Positions 40,365-49,874 of a DNA stretch of 64,000 nucleotides are shown here, one piece after another. Under the pieces are notes generated by a model. The model was not told the origin of the DNA. It did not search any database and saw nothing but the letters and a program-made list of their open reading frames with translations. Position numbers and translations under genes: made by a program. Each line of letters starts with the position of its first letter. Position 1 is the first letter of the stretch. Origin of the DNA: Calditrichia bacterium (lineage in GTDB: Bacteria; Calditrichota; Calditrichia; RBG-13-44-9; J075); NCBI GenBank assembly GCA_050633245.1, contig JBOEGD010000032.1, positions 32,001 through 96,000 on the forward strand, read 5' to 3'.

Positions 40365-41798
40365 ATGACAGATAAGCCGAAAAAGATGTGGAGCGGTAGG
40401 TTTTCGGAGGAAACGAATTCGTTAATGGAAGTTTTTAGCCGTTCTGTTGAGTTAGATAAACGTATGTGGCGTGATGATATTGCCGGGAATCGCGCGTGGG
40501 CAGAGGCATTAATGAATGCTGGCATCTTTACGGCCCAGGAGTTCGAGCAGGTAGATTCTGCTCTTCAAGTAATTGCAAAAGAATTTGCTCAGGAACGTTT
40601 TCAGTTTGAATTGGCGGATGAAGATATTCATATGGCTGTTGAGCGTCGTTTGACCGAGCTTACCGGAGCAATCGGTGCTCGCATACACAGTGGACGAAGT
40701 CGCAACGATCAGGTTATGACGGATGCCCAGCTCTATCTGAAGCGTGCGGTTGGAGAATGGGTATCTGCACTAACAGAGCTTCAACAGGTACTATTGAATA
40801 CGGCCAAATTGAATGAGGATGCTATTTTACCGGGATATACCCATTGGCAGCAGGCTCAACCGATTTTATTATCCCATTACCTTCTCGCTGTTTTCTGGGG
40901 AATTTATACCACAGTCGATCGGCTAAATGACTATTATGCCAGGCTCGACATCCTGCCTTTAGGCAGCGGTGCGCTTGCCGGCAGCGGAATCCCGGTCAAC
41001 CGCAAGGCGTTGGCGAAACGCCTTAACTTTGCTAAAATTTCTCCAAATTCGCTCTATGCCACCGGAAGCCGCGAGGTCTTTGCCGAGCTGCTGTTTATTT
41101 GCGGTGGCTTCTTTACGCACATAAGTCGTGTTTCAGCGGAGCTGCAAATATGGAATACCAACGAGTTTGGCTTTGTTACCTTCTCCGATGCATTTACCAC
41201 CGGAAGTAGCATGATGCCTCAGAAGAAAAATCCGGACTCGCTGGAACTGTTGCGTGGGCGTAGTGCTGCTGCAATCAGTGCAGCGAATCAACTTCAAATA
41301 CTGCAGCGCGGCCTTCCGATGACCTACAATCGCGATCTCCAGGAAGATAAGCGGGTAACATTTGAACAACTAGACTCCGCAATTCTGTGCACGAAGGTTT
41401 TGGCAGGGACGATAGAGGGCGCAAGCTTTAATGAGGAACGTATGATAGAGGCGTGTGATAGTCTTCTCCTGGCCACCGACTTAGCTGACTACTTAGTTCG
41501 CCGCGGGACGCCGTTTAGACATGCCCACGATATAGTCGGCAATATTGTAGCAGAAGCAATTCGCCGCGATTGCGCTTTGGAAGATTTGTCTTTGGAAGAC
41601 TTAAATGGCTTTTCAGACCAGTTTGAAAAAGATGTTTATACTGCACTCGATTTACGCAAGAGCTTACAAAACCGCAATATTGACGGGGGAACCGGGCCAA
41701 AGGCTGTGCAGCGCCAGATTCGACTTGCCGAAAAGGCTGTTGCCAGGATGAAGAAGCATCCGTTTCTGGCCAGAAAAAATGGCGAGCAACGAATATAA
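40365..41798 (+). CDS. argH: Argininosuccinate lyase
   Basis: WSGRF, EDIHMAVE, HSGRSRNDQ, PGYTH, GSSMMPQKKNPD, YNRDLQEDK. Confidence 0.96.
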   Translation: MTDKPKKMWSGRFSEETNSLMEVFSRSVELDKRMWRDDIAGNRAWAEALMNAGIFTAQEFEQVDSALQVIAKEFAQERFQFELADEDIHMAVERRLTELTGAIGARIHSGRSRNDQVMTDAQLYLKRAVGEWVSALTELQQVLLNTAKLNEDAILPGYTHWQQAQPILLSHYLLAVFWGIYTTVDRLNDYYARLDILPLGSGALAGSGIPVNRKALAKRLNFAKISPNSLYATGSREVFAELLFICGGFFTHISRVSAELQIWNTNEFGFVTFSDAFTTGSSMMPQKKNPDSLELLRGRSAAAISAANQLQILQRGLPMTYNRDLQEDKRVTFEQLDSAILCTKVLAGTIEGASFNEERMIEACDSLLLATDLADYLVRRGTPFRHAHDIVGNIVAEAIRRDCALEDLSLEDLNGFSDQFEKDVYTALDLRKSLQNRNIDGGTGPKAVQRQIRLAEKAVARMKKHPFLARKNGEQRI

Positions 41799-41807
41799 AG
41801 TCAGGAC

Positions 41808-43280
41808 TTACTCTTTGACGGTTTGTAGAATCCAGTCGCGAACCAGCTTCATTGCCGAAGGAGAAAAGGTTTCGCTAATTGCTCCGTATTCGGATGGGGC
41901 TCCTGATATTGCATTCTGAAACAAGTGATTTAACCCCTCAAGCTCTTTTACCGTTGTTCTTTTATTGCCAGCTTTTTGCAGAGCTGCACGAATGGCGTTC
42001 AGATTTACTTGAGGGGGCACTTGTAAGTCTTTCGAGCCGATAATCGCCAAAACCGGACAGCGCACCCTTTGCCAGTCCGTTGCCGGGTCGTGCTGAAGAA
42101 AAAAGCGAAACCACGGTGAAGTTAATTGAGATGCATTAAGAGCAATATTGGCATCGATATCACCGTTTTGGCTGAACTCTTTTTTCTCTTCGTCGTTAAG
42201 CGATGCGAAAAAAGAGTTGAAGTGGGAGCGTATTTTTTGCTTAGCAATTGTGTTGTCAGGTTCGTCTTTTACAATTTGAAATAGATTTTCTTGCAGGTCG
42301 CGATTCCACGCTATTAGTTTGGCACTGCCACCATGTGCTTTGAGGATCAGCGCTGTCTGTTGCTTAATAATCTCATCGCCACGAATACCGCTACCCGCAA
42401 GTGAAATAATGAACGGAACGTTGGGATTCTCTGCAGCGAGCATTGCAGCAATGTAGCCACCTTCACTATGTCCGATAAACCCAATTGCAGTGGTATCAAT
42501 ATTAACTTGCTTTTTCAACCAATCCCGGCCTGCAAGGGCATCTGTAGCAAAGTCTCTGGAGTCGGCAGAATTAAATGCGCCGGTAGATTTTGCAAATCCA
42601 CGGTCATCGTAGCGTAAAACGGCAATGCCATTGCGAGTCAAATAATCACTTAAGATCAGATATGGGCGGTGATTTAACAATTCCCCATCGCGGTTTTGTT
42701 GACCGGAACCACTGATAATGATAACCGCTGGAAATGGACCCGAGCCATTCGGAATACTTAATGTGCCTGCGAGGGTAATTTGGGAAGTCTTATTTTCGAA
42801 GCTAATGTCTTTACTTACATAAGGGAAGGGAGCTTTGGGGTCTTGTGGTCTTCCGCTTGGCTGTTGTTCTTCCAGCCGGATCATCGACATGTCTAATCTG
42901 GCACCGCCCTGGCTCCAAATGCCGTCCAAGCGCCCATTCTCTTGAAATTTGGCACGATATAAACCGCCTATGGAAGCAAAGCGAATTTCTAAGTCTTTGT
43001 TGCCATAGGTAATGCTGCTTGCCGGAATTCCAGCTGCACCCTGATCGGGGCTATCCATCGTGCTGAATAACTGTCCTTTATCATTGCGCTGAATGTGCAG
43101 GATGAGCCGCAATTCACTCCTCGAGTTCGGCATTTCAAGTTTGCCCGTCCAGTCGCCAACGATTTCGTCTCCTGCTTCACTTGCCGCAATCAGGGGACTA
43201 CCCAGAAGTAGAACGAACAGGGCGATACAAAACCTGTTCGTCATGGAAACCGTTCGAAACTGACATGATGGGGAAAACAT
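41808..43280 (-). CDS. Secreted alpha/beta-hydrolase (peptidase-like) with N-terminal beta domain
   Basis: MDSPDQG, RPQDP, SGSGQQNRD, LRYDDRG, GHSEGG nucleophile, KDLQV, LNHLFQ. Confidence 0.88.
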   Translation of the reverse strand: MFSPSCQFRTVSMTNRFCIALFVLLLGSPLIAASEAGDEIVGDWTGKLEMPNSRSELRLILHIQRNDKGQLFSTMDSPDQGAAGIPASSITYGNKDLEIRFASIGGLYRAKFQENGRLDGIWSQGGARLDMSMIRLEEQQPSGRPQDPKAPFPYVSKDISFENKTSQITLAGTLSIPNGSGPFPAVIIISGSGQQNRDGELLNHRPYLILSDYLTRNGIAVLRYDDRGFAKSTGAFNSADSRDFATDALAGRDWLKKQVNIDTTAIGFIGHSEGGYIAAMLAAENPNVPFIISLAGSGIRGDEIIKQQTALILKAHGGSAKLIAWNRDLQENLFQIVKDEPDNTIAKQKIRSHFNSFFASLNDEEKKEFSQNGDIDANIALNASQLTSPWFRFFLQHDPATDWQRVRCPVLAIIGSKDLQVPPQVNLNAIRAALQKAGNKRTTVKELEGLNHLFQNAISGAPSEYGAISETFSPSAMKLVRDWILQTVKE

Positions 43281-43383
43281 GAAGTACTCCTGTAAATAGT
43301 GTTCTATCTATATTACACGGTTACGAGTAAAATATTCATTTGTTATTAAAAATTTATCGGTGAACGGTGAGCGCTGCCCGCCT

Positions 43384-44649
43384 TCAGGCTCGTAGCATTC
43401 TCCAAAGATCAACGACACCTGGCTTTTTCCCTGTCATTAAAATACCAACACGATAAAGTTTTCCGGCAACCCGCAAGCTGGCATACATGGTAATAATATT
43501 AATACCTGTTGTCGTAAGAAGCTGCCACCAGGGAACATCAATCAGAGTCATTCGAGCCGGCATTATGATCAGCGAAGAAAAAGGAAGTAGTGAAAAGGTG
43601 GTTGCTATGGAGTTTGCCGGGTTTTTGATCATTGTAAAAGTAAGATAAAATGATAGAGTAACCACTAGCATAACCGGGATAAGAACGCGTTGAGCATCCT
43701 TTGCGGAATCGAATACCGCTCCGGCAGCAGCATAAATCCCAAGAAACGTAATTAGACCAATACTGTAGTTGATTAGAAAATAGACAATTTGCACGGCATT
43801 GATTTGCAGATTTATATCTGCATATTGTTGAATGAACTGCAACGACCCGAAACCGACAAAGGCAATAGGCGCGGCCCAAACCAAAACCTGAAGTAAGCCG
43901 GCAATGAGCGTTCCCAGTATTTTGCCGCTCATTAGCTCTTGTGGTTGAACAGATGCCAACAAGACTTCAACCAGGCGGTTCTCTTTTTCCTCCGTAATTG
44001 TTGAAAAGATAGAGGAGCCGATTGTCAGCAAACTCGAATAGAGCATAAAGGTAAGAATATAGGCAATAGCTAAATTGCTATATCCTGCTTCCTCCTGCCC
44101 GTCGGCAGATATCTTTATTTTATCAAATGATACAAACTGCTTCGCATAAGCAAGGTCTTTTAAATGGACCGGGCTTTCTGAAAAATATGCTTCTACCAGA
44201 ACGTCATCAATTACGCGTCGGAACTTCTCTAATAGCTGCAAGTTCACAGGATTTGCAGAATAGTATTCCAGCGTTTTGGTTGTTTTGGCAGAATCAGGAA
44301 TAAACAGTACCCCGGTTGTGATACCCTCTCGCAGCGATTCATGCATCTTCCCCAAATAATCCTGAAAACTGTTTCGGGACATGGTGATAAATGTGGTATT
44401 TAGTTCTGCGCCAAGCTTATCGGACATTGCCTCAATACGGGTTGAGAGCTGGTCGTTGATAAACGGACTTTCTTCAACAATAACAAGGTTGGTATCGCGA
44501 TCTTCTTCATAAAGAACCAGAAAAAACTGAAATCCTATAAAAACGATATATAGAATAGGAATGATAAGCGTGCTTAGAATAAATGACCAGGTAAGTACCT
44601 GCGATTTCAATTCGCGTTTGAGAATGGCTTTCGTACGAAAGTTAATCAT
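43384..44649 (-). CDS. ABC-2 transporter permease (NatB/YhaP-like)
   Basis: EEKENRLVEVLLASV, GKILG, six TMs; ATG 44649 overlaps the ATPase stop. Confidence 0.9.
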   Translation of the reverse strand: MINFRTKAILKRELKSQVLTWSFILSTLIIPILYIVFIGFQFFLVLYEEDRDTNLVIVEESPFINDQLSTRIEAMSDKLGAELNTTFITMSRNSFQDYLGKMHESLREGITTGVLFIPDSAKTTKTLEYYSANPVNLQLLEKFRRVIDDVLVEAYFSESPVHLKDLAYAKQFVSFDKIKISADGQEEAGYSNLAIAYILTFMLYSSLLTIGSSIFSTITEEKENRLVEVLLASVQPQELMSGKILGTLIAGLLQVLVWAAPIAFVGFGSLQFIQQYADINLQINAVQIVYFLINYSIGLITFLGIYAAAGAVFDSAKDAQRVLIPVMLVVTLSFYLTFTMIKNPANSIATTFSLLPFSSLIIMPARMTLIDVPWWQLLTTTGINIITMYASLRVAGKLYRVGILMTGKKPGVVDLWRMLRA

Positions 44650-45559
44650 GGCTTTCCTCCGCAACATCACCGGCAACGCGCATAAACATTTCCTGCAAGG
44701 AGATATCATCTGCATCAAAACACGTTACCTGCAAACCGGCGTTTAGCATGCCTTGCAGAATGTCTTGCAAGTGTTCTGGGGCAGCAACTTTAAGGTCGAC
44801 ATTATTACCGAAGGTCTCAATTTGCTTTACAAGGGGATGTGTTTTAAGAAAGTCCGTTGCTCCATCAGCGACAATTCGTGCGCTGTTTGCACCAAAGCGC
44901 CGCTTAAGCTCACTTAGATTTCCACTAAGAACCATTTCTCCATGATTCATAATTGCGATGTGATCGCATAGCTTTTCCGCAAAATCCATGAGATGGGTCG
45001 AAAGTAGAAGAACCTTCCCTTCATTGCGCAATTCAAGAATCAGATCTTTAAGAAGATGAATGTTGATCGGATCGAGTCCGGTAAAGGGCTCGTCGAGAAT
45101 GATAAAGTCCGGGTTTGCAAGAATAGAAATGATAAACTGAATCTTTTGTTGGTTGCCCTTGGAAAGCTCATCCATTCGGGAGTTCGCACGATCTGCCAGA
45201 TCGAAGCGCTTAAGAAAGTCCATAGCGCGGTCACGAATACCTGCTGGCTTAAGGCCTTTAATTTCTGCGAAAAAAAGCAGAGTCTCCAGCACCTTCATCT
45301 TCTTGTACAGGCCGCGTTCTTCCGGCAGGTAGCTGACGCGGTCGCGGAATTCTTGCCCCACGGGATTGCCGCGAAAAATTATCTCTCCGCTATCGGGGAG
45401 GTAAAGCCGCATAATCAGCCGAATAACGCTGGTTTTACCGGCGCCATTTCTGCCTAGCAGTCCAAATACAGCTCCTTCCGGAATTGCAAAAGAGACGTCT
45501 TTAACGGCTGCTACTGTGCCAAATGATTTATAGAGGTGACGCACTTCCAGAGCGTTCAT
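44642..45559 (-). CDS. ABC transporter ATP-binding protein (NatA/YhaQ-like)
   Basis: GRNGAGKT, YLPEERGLY, LSKGNQQK, ILDEPFTGLD, STH. Confidence 0.95.
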   Translation of the reverse strand: MNALEVRHLYKSFGTVAAVKDVSFAIPEGAVFGLLGRNGAGKTSVIRLIMRLYLPDSGEIIFRGNPVGQEFRDRVSYLPEERGLYKKMKVLETLLFFAEIKGLKPAGIRDRAMDFLKRFDLADRANSRMDELSKGNQQKIQFIISILANPDFIILDEPFTGLDPINIHLLKDLILELRNEGKVLLLSTHLMDFAEKLCDHIAIMNHGEMVLSGNLSELKRRFGANSARIVADGATDFLKTHPLVKQIETFGNNVDLKVAAPEHLQDILQGMLNAGLQVTCFDADDISLQEMFMRVAGDVAEESHD

Positions 45560-45582
45560 AGGAATCCGTTTTAATAACCGAC

Positions 45583-47280
45583 TTATTCTACAACTGCCGG
45601 CAGGATATAGTTCTGCAAAAGTTCAAAGGGTTTTCCCAGCTGCTTATTTCGGACGTCGCTGGAGAAGAAAATGATGACCATTTGATATTGAGGAATAATA
45701 AACAAATATTGCCCACCCATACCGGCAGCATAATGTAGCTTAACATTTTTGCTATTGTATGAAATATTTTTGCTCCACCAAAAATAGCCGTAGTCGCTCT
45801 GTGCATCTGCTTCAAGGTCAATCTGCTTTTGCCAAATAGTTTCAATCCAGCTTGGCGGAACAAGCTGACTTCCATTGGCTCTTCCCTTATTTAGCAGCAA
45901 AACCCCAATTCTTGCAAGGTCGTGAGCAGACATGAACATGCCCGAGCCACCATCGGGATTCGCAAATGTATCATGCTCCCAGCGGGCGCTTTTTATTTTT
46001 AAAGGATCAAACAGTTTCTCTGCGGCAAATGTTTGCAGTGGCAGCCTGGTTGCTCTCTCGATGATAGATGCAAGCAGAACGCCGTTTCCACCGCAGTCGG
46101 ACCAATTACTGCCTGGTTTGTCTGCCAGTGGAACGCGCAGCATATAATCTGTCCAGTCTTTTTCGCGCAGCATTTTAGTGCGATTAGAAAAAGAAGTGCG
46201 TGACCAGTCGTTGCATGCGAATCCACTACTCATTGTCATTAGCTGGTGTAGAGTAATTGCGGCATAGTCAGATTCTTCTGGAATGTCGAGATACGTGCTG
46301 ATCGGTTCTTGGAGATCGTTAAGAATGCTGTCTGGTAGAGCAATCCCCGCTAGCAGTGATGTAATGCCACGTGAAATTCCGGAGAGAGCATGTGGTGTTT
46401 GGCTGGTGTAGCCATTATAGTAACGCTCTAATACCAGACGATTATTTTTTACAAGCATAATGCCATCCAAAAATGGAGCCGTGCCATCATTGAGTGCCTG
46501 CAGCAAGAGGGAAAGCTTGTTCGGGTAAAGACCGGTTTCTTCCGGAGAGGCTTTAGAAAACATCTGAGCATATTCATTTGGCAGAGGGAGGTCGCTTTTA
46601 ATGGCTTTCCTGAACGTTGCGCGCGTTTGGTTCAGAAGATATACCGTCTTGCTGCTCCAGGCACCTTGCAAAATGCCGTTAGAATTTAACTCTCCAACAA
46701 AGCTTAACTGAAGACGCTCCGATTCAAAGCTTAGCTTATTACCGGAAATGGTAACGTTGTTCATGGGAATATTTTGCACTTCCAGGCCGGGGATATCAAC
46801 TTTCCCTCTAACAGCCCCCCAAAAGGAGCGGTCCAGAGTAATGCGAATGCCCTGAGACTGCAGGGGGCGGGAGAAAAAGCCGGTAAAATCCCGTAATGTG
46901 CGGTCACCTTTGGTCGATTTTCTATAACGCATTTCCAAGGGGAAGGCGTTACGACCCTCGACAAATATGCCTTGAATCAAGGTTGTGTCTTCAGAGAGAA
47001 CACCATGATAATAAAGGCCCTTTTCCGGAAGTTCAAAGACCACGCTCTTATTCTCTAATTTGAGAGGAAATTCGTTGTCGTTTTTAATAAATACGGAAGC
47101 ATTATCTACCGGATTTTGAAAAGTTAGCTTTGCTGCATACGAGGTTTTCTCAGGAAAGATATGAATCGCATCGTACCATTGTCCCAGAAGCGGGTCTTCC
47201 TGTGGATTAGAATTTGAGCAGCTTCCCCAAAAAAGGCAAAATAACAGAATAGATAGTAGGGGGAATGAAAAATTGTTCAT
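45583..47280 (-). CDS. Lipoprotein with beta-lactamase/serine hydrolase-fold domain, degenerate catalytic motifs
   Basis: Lipobox WGSC; LHQLMTMSSG, LFDPLKI, DLARIG, YGYFWW, AAGMGGQ; GISR in place of SxxK. Confidence 0.85.
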   Translation of the reverse strand: MNNFSFPLLSILLFCLFWGSCSNSNPQEDPLLGQWYDAIHIFPEKTSYAAKLTFQNPVDNASVFIKNDNEFPLKLENKSVVFELPEKGLYYHGVLSEDTTLIQGIFVEGRNAFPLEMRYRKSTKGDRTLRDFTGFFSRPLQSQGIRITLDRSFWGAVRGKVDIPGLEVQNIPMNNVTISGNKLSFESERLQLSFVGELNSNGILQGAWSSKTVYLLNQTRATFRKAIKSDLPLPNEYAQMFSKASPEETGLYPNKLSLLLQALNDGTAPFLDGIMLVKNNRLVLERYYNGYTSQTPHALSGISRGITSLLAGIALPDSILNDLQEPISTYLDIPEESDYAAITLHQLMTMSSGFACNDWSRTSFSNRTKMLREKDWTDYMLRVPLADKPGSNWSDCGGNGVLLASIIERATRLPLQTFAAEKLFDPLKIKSARWEHDTFANPDGGSGMFMSAHDLARIGVLLLNKGRANGSQLVPPSWIETIWQKQIDLEADAQSDYGYFWWSKNISYNSKNVKLHYAAGMGGQYLFIIPQYQMVIIFFSSDVRNKQLGKPFELLQNYILPAVVE

Positions 47281-47384
47281 AGAGCACTTCAGCCGTATAT
47301 TGGATACATGTTATTGGATTCGCAAAATAAAACTAAAAAGAGTGTGATTCCAGTAGCAAAAAATTCGGAGCAAAGGGAGAAGCA

Positions 47385-48080
47385 ATGAAAACAATTTTGA
47401 TTACAGGAGCCAATCGTGGTATCGGTCTTGAATTTACGAAACAATACTTAGAGCAGGGCGAACGGGTTTTTGCCGCTTGCCGTCGGCCAGATATGGCAAC
47501 TGCATTGCGCGAGCTGGAAGCACGGCATTTGGAGTTGACTATTGTTGAGTTGGATGTTCAACGAGATGTGGATATTGAAAAAGCCGTAAACACAATTGAG
47601 AAATCGGGTTTGTCGCTTGATATGCTAATTAATAATGCCGGCATGATGCAGGAACATCAAAGTCTGGCAAAGCTTGACCGTGAAGCGTTGCAAACCACAT
47701 TCGACGTGAACTCTGTTTCTCCGATAATGATGGTGCACTATTGTTGGCCACTTCTGGCAAAAGCTACGAAGCCAATTGTTATTAATATATCTTCGCAGCG
47801 AGGTGCCATGGGATTACGGCAACCAAGCAATCGCATAGACTATTGCACCAGTAAAGCCGCGCTAAATATGGCGACAAAAATTTTCGCAGATGATTTACGG
47901 GAAATAGGTGGAATTGCAATTGCCATGCATCCGGGATGGGTGCAAACAGATATGGGCGGGCCCAATGGTGACCTTACGCCTGAAATCTCAGTGCGTGAGA
48001 TGCGTGAGTTTCTTGCAGCTCTTTCACACGAACATAATGGTGGCTTCTATCGTTGGGATGGCAAAGAACACGTCTGGTAA
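47385..48080 (+). CDS. SDR oxidoreductase (CsgA/sniffer-like)
   Basis: ITGANRGIGLE, INNAG, YCTSKAALNM, HPGWVQTDMGG. Confidence 0.93.
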   Translation: MKTILITGANRGIGLEFTKQYLEQGERVFAACRRPDMATALRELEARHLELTIVELDVQRDVDIEKAVNTIEKSGLSLDMLINNAGMMQEHQSLAKLDREALQTTFDVNSVSPIMMVHYCWPLLAKATKPIVINISSQRGAMGLRQPSNRIDYCTSKAALNMATKIFADDLREIGGIAIAMHPGWVQTDMGGPNGDLTPEISVREMREFLAALSHEHNGGFYRWDGKEHVW

Positions 48081-48082
48081 AG

Positions 48083-48103
48083 ACAGGTGTCAGGTATCAG
48101 GAA
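48083..48103. repeat. Short heptamer run (nCAGGnn)x3
   Basis: acaggtg tcaggta tcaggaa, immediately after the TAA at 48080. Confidence 0.5.
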
Positions 48104-48124
48104 TTATTAAGATATAGGAATGTT

Positions 48125-49000
48125 ATGAGGAAATTAAGAAGGCTTTTTTTGCTAACGCTATTCATTTTGCTTAGTGGTTGTATGTCGGATTTACGAAATG
48201 ATTATTTAAAATCTGAAGGCATACTGCCAGGCGATGAAGATAAAGGGCGAGCGCTTCTGGCAGCAGCCGCTCTAACACACGGTCTGGATGTCTGGGTAAT
48301 GAAAAAAACGCTTACTGTGGTGATGCGGGATGAATGGCAGGGATTGATGACAAAGATTGCCGGACGCCCTTGGAATAAAGAAGATTTGCTTAGAATGACT
48401 TTTCGTAACGGTACTTTTACCAGCCAGGCTACGTTTCTTGAAGGTGATCGAAAGAACAAGACAATCGGTATTCAAAGTTGGAAAACCTATGAACGTGAGA
48501 ACGATCAGCAGGAGTATGTCTTTAAAGATGATGACAATACGTTGTTCATACTGCCGGCTTTTCAATATTTTTTTGAGATGCCCTTTCGTTTGCATACAGC
48601 TGAGCTCGTCGCTTGGATGGGAGAAGGTATATTAAGCGGGCAGGTTTGTGATAAGGTCTTTATCACCTGGAATACAGCAGAACCCCATGTAGAAAACGAC
48701 CAGTATATTGTTTGGATTAACCGTGAAACAGAACGAATTGAGTTGGTTCAATATACCGTCCGTGACATTTTTCGTTTTGTTACCGGAGAAATGCGATTTC
48801 AGGACTATCGCGAACTTGAAGGTGTTTTGTATCCGTATCTCATGACAGTGAGTAACCTGGATTCAGAATATAAAGTCGGCGATGGCTATCTGCATCAGAT
48901 TCGTGTCGAGTCGATGGAATTCGACGTGGTGTTGTCGGAAGAGCTAACGGTTAATGCTGATATTGAAGAACTTGGAGATAATAAGCCCGGCAAGGAATGA
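48125..49000 (+). CDS. Hypothetical lipoprotein
   Basis: MRKLRR, hydrophobic stretch, LSGC lipobox; YFFEMPFRL; ATG 48125. Confidence 0.75.
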   Translation: MRKLRRLFLLTLFILLSGCMSDLRNDYLKSEGILPGDEDKGRALLAAAALTHGLDVWVMKKTLTVVMRDEWQGLMTKIAGRPWNKEDLLRMTFRNGTFTSQATFLEGDRKNKTIGIQSWKTYERENDQQEYVFKDDDNTLFILPAFQYFFEMPFRLHTAELVAWMGEGILSGQVCDKVFITWNTAEPHVENDQYIVWINRETERIELVQYTVRDIFRFVTGEMRFQDYRELEGVLYPYLMTVSNLDSEYKVGDGYLHQIRVESMEFDVVLSEELTVNADIEELGDNKPGKE

Positions 49001-49001
49001 C

Positions 49002-49101
49002 TTGGTTAACGGTGATCGGGAGATGCCAGATGTCAGATGCTAGATGTAAATTCACGTTTCACCTTTCACCTTTGACTTTTAGAACACAGAACACAGAACT
49101 T
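49002..49101. repeat. Composite heptamer arrays (AGATGYN)x4, (TTCACCT-like)x4, (AGAACAC)x3
   Basis: 49021-49048, 49051-49078, 49081-49101. Confidence 0.85.
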
Positions 49102-49121
49102 CTTAAACCAGAAACCCTCGA

Positions 49122-49868
49122 ATGAGACACATACAGGCCATCGGATTCGATCTGTTTGACACGCTGATAACGATGCGGCAGCCAGCCGTTGGTACGGCAC
49201 TTTCGCGCTTATGCAGAGCATTGCACGATGAAGGGATAATCTTCGATGAAGATGCCTTTAATCCGATCTACGTGCGCATTGCCAAATCTCAGTTTGAAGC
49301 AGCCAGGCACACCGGTATTGAAACGCATAACAGCTTCTGGATTTGCGCTACGCTCGCAGAGCTTGGGCAGCCTATCTCACTAGAAGATGAGCGCCTCACG
49401 AAGGCTATTCGAATCTATTTTGCAAGCTTTGTTGAGTTTGCTTCCGTTATTCCCGGAACGGTCGAAATGTTAAAAGAATTGCGTAAACGCTATAAACTCG
49501 GTTTACTCTCTAACTTTACAGATGGACAGGGTGCTCGCAATATTTTGACTGAACTTGGTCTGGCGAACTATTTTGAGGTTACACTTATTTCTGGTGAGCT
49601 TGGTTATCGTAAGCCTCACCAAAAGGTCTTCGATACGCTTGCAAGTGAACTTTCGACGGTACATGAGCAAATATTATTCGTGGGAGATAATGTTGATGAT
49701 GATATCGGCGGAGCGATGCGAAGTGGTATGACGCCGGTTTGGACGACCTACGCCCGTGATAATGGACGTAAGCGTACAAATAAAATTATGACTGAGCCGG
49801 TGCATGAAGCAGAGGCCTCAGTGCACCGTATTTTAGATTGGTCTGAGCTGCTGTCACTGCTGGACTAG
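49122..49868 (+). CDS. HAD-superfamily hydrolase
   Basis: FDLFDTL, LLSN, RKP, VGDNVDDDIGGA. Confidence 0.92.
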   Translation: MRHIQAIGFDLFDTLITMRQPAVGTALSRLCRALHDEGIIFDEDAFNPIYVRIAKSQFEAARHTGIETHNSFWICATLAELGQPISLEDERLTKAIRIYFASFVEFASVIPGTVEMLKELRKRYKLGLLSNFTDGQGARNILTELGLANYFEVTLISGELGYRKPHQKVFDTLASELSTVHEQILFVGDNVDDDIGGAMRSGMTPVWTTYARDNGRKRTNKIMTEPVHEAEASVHRILDWSELLSLLD

Positions 49869-49874
49869 CAAACT

